Of a DNA stretch of 64,000 nt, positions 1 to 10,872 are shown piece by piece. Numbering within the stretch: position 1 is the stretch's first letter; each line of letters starts with the position of its first letter. Location of the stretch: positions 9,796,001-9,860,000 of the forward strand of contig JBHGNT010000006.1 of assembly GCA_043228905.1 (NCBI GenBank), in the 5' to 3' direction. This DNA comes from Azolla caroliniana. Lineage: Eukaryota; Plantae; Polypodiophyta. A program made the position numbers and the translations under genes. Under the pieces are notes generated by a model. That model worked only from the letters and a program-made list of their open reading frames with translations, was not told the origin of the DNA and did not search any database.

Positions 1-305
1 GAAATCCACAACAATAATAGAGTTGGTTAAAGTGCAACTAAAAACATATTTGAGTTTCAAGGCTTCTTTGTACATTGTTAAGGTGGAATTACATCTAGTA
101 ATAACATCAAGGCAAGGTCGTTCTCACTCTCCATGCTCATACATTGGTCTGGAATATTTTCTAAATATAGATAATGAACTTTACTAGAACATATGGATAA
201 CAAAGTATTTCTAAACTTCATAATGTAAGGTGAGATGATCTCTAATGCAAGCTTAATGCCAAATTGAAATACATGAACCATACATCCCAACATATTTGAT
301 GACGG

Positions 306-1131
306 TGTCATGGAGGATTTCAGCCACTAGGAGAAAGGACCGTCGGAAGCGTGTGAACAAGGGTGTGCAAGTATGCACATGAACTCGGTCTTTGTATTAA
401 AATAATGTAATAAAGAGAGTATTAATAAGTACAAGGTAGGAGTATTTAATAAGTACTTCATGATCATGCGAATAGAGGGGAATCATAGTGACTGATGGCA
501 GAAAATCGTGAGGGAATCTCGAACAGAAGCGGTTGTCATTACTACGGATGTAACGACCTCTCCTTGTGCTATAAAAGGAGAGGATTGAAACTGTAAAAGG
601 GATCCAATATTTGGGAGGAGGTAGATGTTTCCGGATTGTGATCTTGAGCACAAAGAGTTTTTGTTCTTCTTTTTTGGATCGGTGGTGTGAGGGCACTACT
701 CTCATAGGAAGCCCCTGTGCTCTCAACCAGAGGCTCACTTGTCTGTGGAGTGTGTGCGTGTACACCGAGCTCGAAGCTCTATTTCCGGCCCAAGGCCATT
801 CTTGTATTCGTTTCTATTATAATCGATTAACTTTGGCATTGTCGTATCCAGGTGCCCTTTCTCTAAGTCGTGTCCTTATTCCTAACTGGTTTGCGGTGCG
901 GGAAGGTATCGTCCTTCCCTTCTCTGTTCTGCGCTTTCTTGCTCGATCATGGTAGGAGTGTCGAATCAGATACAGTTCTCTAAGCCCATGTGGTTAGTAT
1001 CCGACCTTTGGTAACCAGGCCGGACAAGCCATTGCAAGCTTAGTAGTTGCTCATCCTCACCTCCTTGGTCTGAGACCCCTGAGGTCCCGCCCGAGCCGAC
1101 CCGCAAGGCGTGGATATCCGCGGAAATGACA
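306..1131. mobile_element. Solo LTR (Gypsy-type, 826 bp) inserted in the hAT transposase
   Basis: Ends TGTCAT...ATGACA with a TATA-like CTATAAAAGG at ~569. Removing it rejoins the hAT frame (..HANVF|PSSNMLGCMVH..). Flanks ACGG / AAAA do not form a clean TSD. Confidence 0.65.
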
Positions 1132-1614
1132 AAAAACATTTGCATGCATATCATGTATTAATCTACCCAACTCATTTGAGGCCATAATAGCATCACTAGC
1201 ACCATCTGATGTTATGGATAAAATATGCGAAGAAATACTAAAGGATTTCATGCGCATAAAGAAAGCTTGATCACAAAGCTTACCTACACCATCACCGTGA
1301 AATACATGAAAAAAATAAATGAGCAATTGTCTTAGCATATTCTCTACATATCCATTGTAATGTCATTGGACAAAATCCTTTCAAACTACTATTTGACCAC
1401 CCATCAAACATAACTAATTAACAAATGATAACTTAACTTACACTTGCCATATTGATCGTTTTAATGTACAGGTTGACCTAAGCCCATAACCTGGTAAGCC
1501 ATCATGCATGAATTGCTTAAAACCTAAGGACTCAACATGCACATGAGGTAATATTTTTGTGATTATATATTTTGTTATAGAGTTATGAGTTTTCTTCTCC
1601 AATGTACGAAATAT

Positions 1615-2921
1615 TGTGAAATGCACATAAGAGATCAAAACCAACCTACTTAGCTTCTTACGTCTTACTCAATTTGTAGTTGATACAAAGGTGCCCATTT
1701 GGGTTGGGTTAGCTAAAAAGGGTGTGCTAAAAGGGTGGCACAAAGGAACACATGCACACCACATTTCCCCCTTGAGAAAAACAAGAGACTAAGGAGCAGG
1801 AATAGGAGCAGTGGCTTGTCGAAGGAGCAGGTGCATCTGTTGGAGATAGAGCTCCCAAGTGGCATTATCATGGTGGCATGTTTTGAATGGACATCAATGG
1901 ACGATTCTTGTGGGAGGTGAGGATCACGCCCATAAAGTGCTTGAAAAGGGCTAATTCGTGCGGCAACCTCATGCTTGAGGGTCTTGTTGAGGCGTTCGGT
2001 GAGGCCATTGGACACCTAGTTGAGGCGTTCAGTATTAGGATATAAACACCTATTGGACACCTAGTTGAGTTGGAATGACGTTGAGGATATCCCCGTGGAA
2101 CTGGCGACCCTGATCAGATGATAGTTGGACGGGGCTAGTGACGGAAAACAAGCTAGAAATTGGCAGATAAAGATCAATCATTTCAGATATGGACTGAGGG
2201 CCACCTGGACTTGGTTGAGGTGGGGGACATGAGGGCTATAGGAGGATAGAGATCAATCGCTCATGTGGACTAAGGGCCACCTAGACTTGGCTAAGGTGGG
2301 GGATAGGAGGGCTATCGTGTACGAGCTAGCAATTGGCAGATAAAGATCAATCGTTTCTGTGGACTGAGGGCCACCTGGACTTGGTTGAGGTGGGGGACAT
2401 GAGGGCTATCGTGTACGAGCTAGCAATCGGCAGATAAAGATCAATCATTTCTGTGGACTGAGGGCCACCTGGACTTGGCTGAGGTGGGGGACAGGAGGGC
2501 TATAGGCGGATAGAGATCAATCGTTCCTGTGGACTAAGGGCCACCTAGACTTGGCTGAGATGGGGGACAGGAGGGTTATAGGCGGATAGAGATCAATCGC
2601 TCCTGTGGACTGAGGGCCACCTGGACTTGACTAAGGTGGGGGACAGGAGGCCTATCATGTAGGAAGGGGATCGGAGAAACTCGTGGGACAAGAAGTTAGT
2701 GGGCAACCTAAGGTGAGGGGGAAGAGGTGGATACTTGGATGTGGGGTACTGGTGCCGTCATCTCCACCAATATGTGAAATGCATATAAGAGATCAAAACC
2801 AACCTAGTTAGCTTCTTACATCTTACTCAATTTGTAGTTGATACAAAGGTACCCATTTGGGTTGGCTTAGCTAAAAAGGGTGTGCTAAAAGGGTGGCACA
2901 AAGGAACATATGCACACCACA
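1615..2921 (-). mobile_element. Small non-autonomous (TRIM-like) Gypsy-derived LTR element with 149-bp LTRs
   Basis: LTRs 1615-1763 and 2773-2921 (TG...CA) with a 4-bp TSD ATAT. On the minus strand: PBS TGGTGGAGATG (tRNA-Ala-like) and a purine-rich PPT (plus-strand TTTCCCCCT at 1764-1772). Integrase remnant SNGLTERLNKTLK..SPFQALYGRDP at ~1900-2130. Confidence 0.85.
2150..2660. repeat. Tandem array, ~6 units of ~77-94 bp, inside the small LTR element
   Basis: Recurrent GATCAATCG..TGTGGACTGAGGGCCACCTGGACTTGG..GAGGTGGGGGACA core. Confidence 0.85.
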
Positions 2922-4919
2922 ATATTAATAACTTAAAAGTATCTAAAAGATACTCGATCTTTTTTGGAAAAAAAGAAAGGAAGAAAAGATATTGGATCAC
3001 AAACGTTGGATTCATAATATTTGAACCATGTGGTCGAGATACATTAGTAATAAGATGTTTTTCTTATAAATGTTTTGTAGCAGTATCCTTGGATGTATTG
3101 TTGGACCAAGTACTACAACAATGTGAGCATCAACGACTCAACACACCTTCTCTATGATATGCATTGTGTGGTTCGTCCATGAAGTTCATTGTCTCTTTGA
3201 TTTGCCTTTGGATGTGAAAAGAATTTCGTGCAGAAGCTTGAAGACCTAACCGACTTCACCAGATGTTAACAGAAAATATACACATGTTTAATGGAAGCTT
3301 CAAATCACACAAAGAGTAAACGGGAGAGACAGAGAGAGAAGAACAACATAAATTCAATTTCAAAATATCACTTTTTACATACAATGTGCTCAGAGAGCAC
3401 TTTTATACAAGTCCTTAAAAAGATTGATAGAAGTACTGGCATGTACTTCAATGCTCATACGAGCAACTGACACTAACTCCAAGAAATATGCCTACGTACT
3501 AGGCTAGGACCGTATGCCTCTAACAACCCACCAATTACAATTAGATATGGCTCTTGGTTTCGGATATCGATCCGGTTCTCTGTTCTGGACTTCAATTCGG
3601 ATCCGGTTGAGTGTGTCCGCTCAACACTCCCCCTCAAGCTCAACTTGAGGTCAGATCATGGTGTCAGTGTCTACTGGTCCTTTTCTCAAGCTCCTAGCAT
3701 CTTCCCACCTTGCTCCCACTGCTCGAACCGTCCGGCCCCGCTTTCCACGACCCGTCTGATTCCGCGCACCTCGACCTTCTCGGTCGGCTCGTCTTGTCAC
3801 GATACAATGACATAAAATATATAGTTGTTGAGGATTGAACTTAAACCTCACATGAACAATACACCATGCTCAACCATCTTCATATGAGCATTGTATAAGA
3901 TATATTTGATCTACATATCATTGTATAAGATGTACATGATCTAGGTATACTCTCTAGACATCTACAAAGTTCTAGAAAGTTCCAAGGTTCTAGAAGGCTC
4001 TAGAATATTCTTCAAAATATTCTAATGCATGTACTTCAACATAGAGTAAAAATACTTGTAACCTTCTTGGTCCCTTTCAAGGGATTCAACACCAATCACT
4101 GACACATCAATCTAGTATTCTTGTTTAGCCCCATCTTCTCTCCTTGATTTACATCTCTGTCTTTATGCTCTTGTATTGTTCCTAGCATCTTAAGTTCTGC
4201 ATCTTGTCACTCCCAACTTCCCGAGTTTCTAGCCTCATCACATTGAGTTCCACATTCGTAACCTTATCGGTCATAGCCTCATAATTTGTGCTCCATCATA
4301 GTCTAGGGTTGGTGTCTCCGTGACAATTTGAATCCCTTCCAACTAGAATCATCGCCCATCTTCGTCATCGTCCCTATCTTCAACATCAACATCCCTTTGT
4401 TTCCTATCTTCCTCATCATCTCTATCTCCTAGTTCCTTCTCATCGTTGTCTCTGTCTTTTAGTTTCTCCTCGTCATCCTCACTGTTTTTTAGTTTCTTCT
4501 CATCCTTCAATATCTACCTGCGTGTTTCTTATAATCATCATCCCTATCTCTGCATTTTTTGTCATTGTCATCCTTCTCCCTGTGTTTCCTACCAGTTTCA
4601 TCTCTATCGATGTGTTTCTTATCATCATCATCCCTATCTATGTGTTTCTTATTATCTTCGTCCATGTCACTGTGTTTTCTATCATCCTCTATATCTCTGT
4701 CTTTGTGTTTGTTTTTATCCTCAATGTCTCGAACTCTGTGTTTCTTCTCCTCTTCATCTATGTCTCTATTTCCATCATTGCCATAGTCACGGTCATTGCT
4801 TCTAGAGACGCTTCCTCAACATCATTGTCTTCATTGCTTCGTCTTTGACATCATTATCTTCAGCACCTCTTGGTGTCGTCATCAACACTATTTTGCCTAG
4901 CCTTCATCGACATGAAGTG

Positions 4920-6912
4920 TTCGAATTCCCAGTGAGGACCGCACATGGTCGCTCACGCCCATTGGTGTCCCAATTCCCAGTGAGGACCATATTGGGTCGC
5001 TCATGCCCGTTGGTGTTCGTGTCTCTTGTCAGGACCACACATGGTCACTCACATCCATTGGTGTTTGTTTCTTCAATGAGGACCATACAGGGTCGCTCAC
5101 ACCCATTGGTGTTCCAGTTCCCGGTGAGAACTACACATGATCGCTCTCTCCCATTGGTGTTCTAGGTTCCGGCGAGGACCGCACATGGTTGCTCATGCTT
5201 GTTGGTGTTCACGTTGTCATAAAGATTCCGGGCCATAGTGAGAAACCGGGGAATATCAGAGGAATCGGCAAGGTGCACCATGTGCACCCACTCTTGTAAA
5301 CTTGTATAGGGGAATGTGGGGGCGCCTTTATGACGCCGAGCGGCAATAAAGTCGGGACGGAAGATCCCATGTATCACGGGATTTATCCCACATAGCCACA
5401 CGACCCTCACCTTGTTCTATAAAAGGGAGGGTGCGCTTCTTGTACAGGGGTTCCCACCCGTTGGGTCCCAAACTGTTTTGTTCTTCATTGTTCCCCTTTG
5501 TGGGTTCCATTTTTTTTGTTAATAAACTTCTGTGTATAACATCTATTTCTGTCTTCTCTTCATCTTGGTGTGTGTGTTGTCTCTATTTTTCTGTTAGGGT
5601 TTCGGTGCCATCTGTGTGCATGCGTAGGTGGTGTGTTCGGTTGTGGCAGGCGGTGTGCGGGTTGTTTGCGCCTCCCCTGAGCTCCTGTTTGTTGGTTCTC
5701 AACACTCCACGGTCCGGTATGTCAGTGTGTGCGTGGGTGTTGGCTTCTGTCGCTTGTGAAGAGCCCGCGCGCTAGGTGGTTTGTTGGCAGTTTCCCCTTC
5801 TTGGCACGCAAGACCCAACTCAGTTCAGTAAACCCGTGCGCTCCCTGAAGGCGACTTGGCTCAGGAGGCGGTCGTTCTGGAAGAGGCTCAGGAGGGTCCC
5901 ATCACGCGAACGACCCTGAGAGCTCCCCGACCAGCCCTAGGATGCAGGCTCCCTCTTCCTCTCCGTGTGGAACTGGCGTCACAGCGAGCGTCGCGCGCGC
6001 GCGCGCGCGTGTGTGTGTTTCCGGTTAGCGTAGGATACGAGAGAGGGTGCGTGCATGGTCGCCGGTGCAAAGGTGCCGATTGTAACCGGGTGTATATGTG
6101 TGTGTGTGCATGTGCGCGGGCGCAGTTAACCGGGCCGTGTCCCGAGCCTCTTTTGGGCCCCTTGTACATATGGGCGAAAGGGGCGGCAAGGACGAGGGCG
6201 CGTTCTCTCACTTCCTGTGCGGTTACCGGTCGTGTCCGAAGAGTATCTGGGGTCGAACCGGCCGGCAACCCGGCAAGCTTCGGAGGATTCGGGTTCTCGG
6301 GAAGTCCTCCCTTCCTGGTCCATGACTTCGGTGGTCCCACCTGGATCCAACATTACAAGCGCGGATTACCGCAACATCGTCTCCGGTGAGGACCGTACAT
6401 GGTTGCTCATGCCCGTTGGTGTTCCAGTTCCCCGTGAGGACCATACATGATTGCTCACATCCGTTGGTGTTCCAGTTCCTAGTGAGGACCGCACATGGTC
6501 GCTCACGCCTGTTGGTGTTCGCATTCCCGGTGAGTACCGTACATGGTCTCTCATGCTCATTGGTGTTCTAGTGCCTGGTGAGGACCGCACATGGTCACTC
6601 ACGCCCGTTGGTGTCTAGTTCCCAGTGAGGACCGTACATGGTCGGTCACATCCGTTGGTGTTTGTGTCTCCGGTGAGGACCACACATGGTCGCTCACACT
6701 CGTTGGTGTTCTAGTTCCCAGTGAGGACCGTACATGGTCGATCACGTCCATTGGTGTTCCACTTCTCGGTGAGGACATCACATGGTCACTCACATCCATT
6801 GGTGTTCCAGTCTCCTGTGAGAACCACACATGGTCACTCGCGTCCATTGGTGTTCCAGTCTCCGGTGAGAACAACACATGGTGGCTCATGCTGGTTGGTG
6901 TTCCAGTCTCCG
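4920..6912. repeat. 48-bp tandem array (~17 units; 4920-5214 and 6381-6912), split by a solo LTR
   Basis: Unit approx. GTGAGGACCGCACATGGTCGCTCACGCCCGTTGGTGTTCCAGTTCCCG; it gives 16-aa periodic translations (e.g. SDHVRSSPGTRTPM) in the ORF track. Confidence 0.9.
5215..6376. mobile_element. Solo LTR (~1.16 kb, Gypsy-type) inserted in the 48-bp array
   Basis: TGTCATAAAG...GCAACA ends, TATA-like CTATAAAAGG at ~5417, 4-bp flanks ACGT/TCGT. The array unit is restored on removal. Confidence 0.8.
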
Positions 6913-9900
6913 TTCACCCCTACACTACACTTTCGAAAAGGCGGTCGTAAAGGGGAGGATAATGTCACGATACAATGACATGAAATATATGGTTGGTGAG
7001 GATTGAACTTACAACCTCACATGAACAATACATCATGCTCAACCATCTTCATATAAGTATTGTATAAAATACATTTGATCTACATATCATTGTGTAAGAT
7101 GTACATGATCTAGGTATACTCTCTAGACATCTACAAAGTTCTAGAAAGTTCCACAGTTCTAGAAGGTTCTAGAATAGTCTTCAAAATATTCTAATGCATG
7201 TACTTCAACTTAGAGTATAAATACTTGTAACCTTCTTGGTCCCTTTCAAAGGATTCAACACCAGTCACTGCACATCAATCTAGTATTCTTGTTTAGCCCT
7301 ATCTTCTCTCCTTGATTTACATGTATGTCTTTATGCTCTTGTATTGTTCCTAGCGTCTTAAGTTCCTCATCTTGTTGCTCCCAACTTCCCGAGTTTCTAG
7401 CCTCATCACGTTGAGTTCCATGTTTGTAACCTTATCGGTCATAGCCTCATCATTCATGCTCCGTCGTAGTCTAGGGTTGGTGTGTTCGTGACACGTCTGC
7501 TCAAAAGGCCCATCTCAGCTCCTTTGGTGCTTTGACTTTTGTGCTTCTCGACCCATCGGTTCCTCCATGTCGGTGTCAATTTCTACTACCTTCTAGTACG
7601 TTTGGCCCTCTGTTGATCCGACTCCTCCGAATCGGGTGCCTCCGATTCGTTCCAGCTCTTGTTTGAATTGGTTGTCTCCAATTCATCCTCAACCATCTGG
7701 CACTTCACAACATCGGACCACGTCCAAGTTTTGGCCTTCGTCTTTCTGTCAACTTTGTCCTTCTTGACTGTGCTGCCATCGCCGCTTGTTCCAACTTGTT
7801 CGGGTGTGCCGACTTCTTCAGTCGACTCGGCTCCCTTTTTCTTCTTGTCTCCCCTCGTTTCGGTTTCCTTTTCTCCAGCTACTTATCCGGTGTCTTTGCT
7901 AGTTTTCCCGGTTTTCGTTCTGGTTCTCCCCCTCAAGTGCGACATGTCGAGATGATGTTGCCCAAGCATCTCCGAACAATGCTGCAGCTTGTCGGTTCCA
8001 AGTGCCTTGGTGAAGATGTCAGCAACTTGCCAATCCCTCCGAACATACCGAAGTTCGACTTCACCATTGAGGACTTGCTCGCGCACTAAGTGATAGTGCA
8101 CTTCTATGTGCTTTGTCCGAGCATGGAACACAGGATTTTTGGCGAGTTGCATGCTGCTGATGTTGTCGCAGTAGATCGGGATCGGAGTCAGTACTTCGAT
8201 CCAGAGGTCTTGCAGCAACCGCTGAAGGCAAATGGCTTCACAAGTGGCAATGGTAGCACCCCGATACTCAGCCTAAGTGCTTGATAGGGCCATTGTTGGT
8301 TGTTTCTTGCTGCTCCACACAACAACCATTCTACCAAGAGAGAACAAAAAACCGGATGTTGAGAGACAATCGGACACATCACCGGCCCAGTCGACAATTG
8401 TATATCCGACTAGCTTTTCGGTTATACCGCGTCGGTATAACAATCCCCGATCCTTAGTGCTGCTAACATACCTAAATATTTAGTGTGCGCACTAAAGGTG
8501 CTCCACGGTCGGCTTCTGCATAAACTGACTGATCACCCTAACCGGATAGCTGATGTCGGGTCGGCTGATAACTAGATAGATTTGGCTTCCAACAATTTGT
8601 CGAAACCGTTTCTCATTGCAGGCCGGACCGGAATCAGGACGAAGCTTCAGGTTCCGGTCTTGGCGTGTGGACACTGGTCGGCAGTCGGTCATGCCGAACA
8701 TGTACAACATATTCAACACATATTGTCGTTGTGAGAGAAATATGTCGTCGGGGGTGTGGATCACTTCGATCCCGAGGAAATAATGAAGGTCCCCCAGGTC
8801 CTTCATTTAAAATGCATCCAACAATTGGGACTTCACTCGACCAAATTCAGGGAGTTTGGGTCCGGTGATGACTAGATCATCCACATATAGCAGGATACAT
8901 ATCAGACCTTCCGGACCTTTCCGGATGAACAACGACAAGTCAGACTTGAAGGCCACAAACCCCGTCTGACACAAGGGTGCGTGATCTTCGAATTCCAAGC
9001 TCGGGGGGCTTGCTTCAAGACATAAAGTGACTTCTTGAGTCGCACACTACCGACTTGTTCATCTCCGACTGAAAACCGAGGGATGGATCATGTAGACCCG
9101 TTCTTCAAGGTCACCTTGAAGAAACGCATTCTTCACGTCCATTTGTTGAAGATGCCACCTCCTTGTTGCAGCAACCGCTAGTACCACAGGAACCGTTGTC
9201 ATCTACTGGAGGGAAGGTCTCGTCGTAGTCGATTCCACGGGTCTGCACATATCCTTTGGCCACTAATTGGGCCTTGTACCAATTGACCGAACCGTCGGCA
9301 TTATACTTCACCTTGTATACCCACTTACAACCGATCGGTGTCGGGGAGGGTCAACAAGATCCCATGTGTTGTTGGCATCGAGTAACCGCATTTCTTCTTC
9401 CATTGCAACATGCTAGTTTGCGTCCTTCGTCGCTTCTACGTAGCTCTCCCGCTCACGCACTTCCGCCACTTTTGTCATGTACGCATAGTGATGCGCCATG
9501 TACTCATTATACCCATACCATTTCGGGCGGGTCGATTGGCATAATTTCTCATTAGCCAATTTCAAGGCCCTCTTGGTCGACTCGGACTCTGTCTCCGAAG
9601 GTCCATCTTCACTCTTTCAAGAGTCGAATTCGCTTTGATCTGTCTCTTCCCTGTTGATGTCATATATTGACATCTTCTTCTTCCCCCTCTCTTTGCGCGT
9701 GAACCATCTCCTCGATTCCTTGTGCAAGGAGAGCATGGTCGAGTCTCTACTACTCACCGGCTCATCGTCTAACCGGTCGTTCTGACTCAATCACCATACG
9801 ACCCGCTCACCCGGAATGAGATCTGACTCTCTTCCAGAGTACCGAAATCTTCTTCTTCTTCTGCCCCGGATCGATTCGGGCTCACTGGCCTCATATTCCG

Positions 9901-10792
9901 GATGGGTCGGAGTTGGGGCTCGGAGTCGGTAACCAATACCATGATGTCGACTCGTCAAATTCAAGATCTTGGCTCACTCGAACTTGTTTTATTCGGGGGT
10001 TATAGCACTTATAACCCTTTTGCTCATGTGAGTAGACGACAAGGATACACTTCTCTGACTTCGGGTCCAACTTTCTCCGTCTCTCATCCAGCACATACAC
10101 ATAGGGAATGCTAAAGAATACCCTAAGGTGTCGTAAATTCAGCTTACACCCAAAATATAGCTTGTGTGCTAACACTTTATCCCCGATCTGGTTTTGGATA
10201 TAGACGGTCGTCCAGGCCGCCTCGATCTAGTAGAACTTGGGCATGCTCTTCTCTTCCATCATCGCCTGTGCCGCCTCCATAATTGATTGTTTCTTCCTCT
10301 CGGCAACGCCGTTGTCATGAAGATTCGTCACTACGCGCGGATTGTGAGGCAGAACCGTCGGGGTTCTAGACCGGAAGGATTCGACGTTTGCACAAGCTTT
10401 AGCGAGAAAGTATTTAAGAGAGATTGAAAGAGAGAGATTGAGATTAAGATTCCAATTTTAAAACAGATTCAGAACGATTGAAATTGAAAGAGAGATTAAG
10501 ATTGAACTCTTGACTTTAGATTTAAAGAACAAGATTAATACATCAATTGGATAACGAATTTTCTTCTTCTTAAATTCTTGAATACTACATAGCCCTCTTG
10601 ATCTTTTTCATCCATCCTTTTAGAGATGCTCCCATGCATATGATGCATGTGAGGGTACAAGACATGCATACAATGCATGGAATGCATGTGATGCATGTTT
10701 GCCATTTGGCGCTCATGCATCACATGTCACTCAATCAAGCTCTAATATGAGAATTTACATGAAAAGTATAATGATAGGAAAAACATTTCTAA

Positions 10793-10872
10793 GGAAATAA
10801 CATAGCCTAGTGGTAAGTCTATTGCCTCCTATCTTGGAGGTGCAAGGTTCAAGTCTTGCTTACATCCTTTTT
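10793..10872 (+). promoter_or_regulatory. tRNA-like RNA polymerase III cassette (A box, B box, oligo-T) within the left Gypsy LTR
   Basis: A box TAGCCTAGTGG (10803-10813), hairpin CCTCC-TATCTT-GGAGG, B box GGTTCAAGTC (10846-10855) flanked by GCAAG/CTTGC, then TTTTT. Absent from the sister LTR (~17520). Confidence 0.5.

Larger units (their letters stand above)
3795..7493 (+). mobile_element. Non-coding (LARD/TRIM-like) LTR element nested in Copia C
   Basis: LTRs 3795-4325 and 6963-7493 (TGTCAC...GTGACA), 5-bp TSD CGTCT, PPT AAGGGGAGGATAA before the 3' LTR. No gag/pol motifs inside; the internal region is low-complexity sequence plus a 48-bp tandem array. Confidence 0.9.

Noticed and set aside
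4446-4848. Hydrophobic plus-strand ORFs resembling membrane/env proteins
   Set aside because: They reflect a T/C-rich low-complexity repeat that is open in all three frames, not a credible protein.
4920-6912. CRISPR-like appearance of the 48-bp array (also the 2150-2660 and 20330-21275 arrays)
   Set aside because: Units are head-to-tail with no unique spacers, there are no cas genes, and the context is eukaryotic LTR elements.
10793-10872. Functional tRNA gene
   Set aside because: No proper acceptor stem or 7-nt anticodon loop; kept only as a tRNA-like Pol III cassette.
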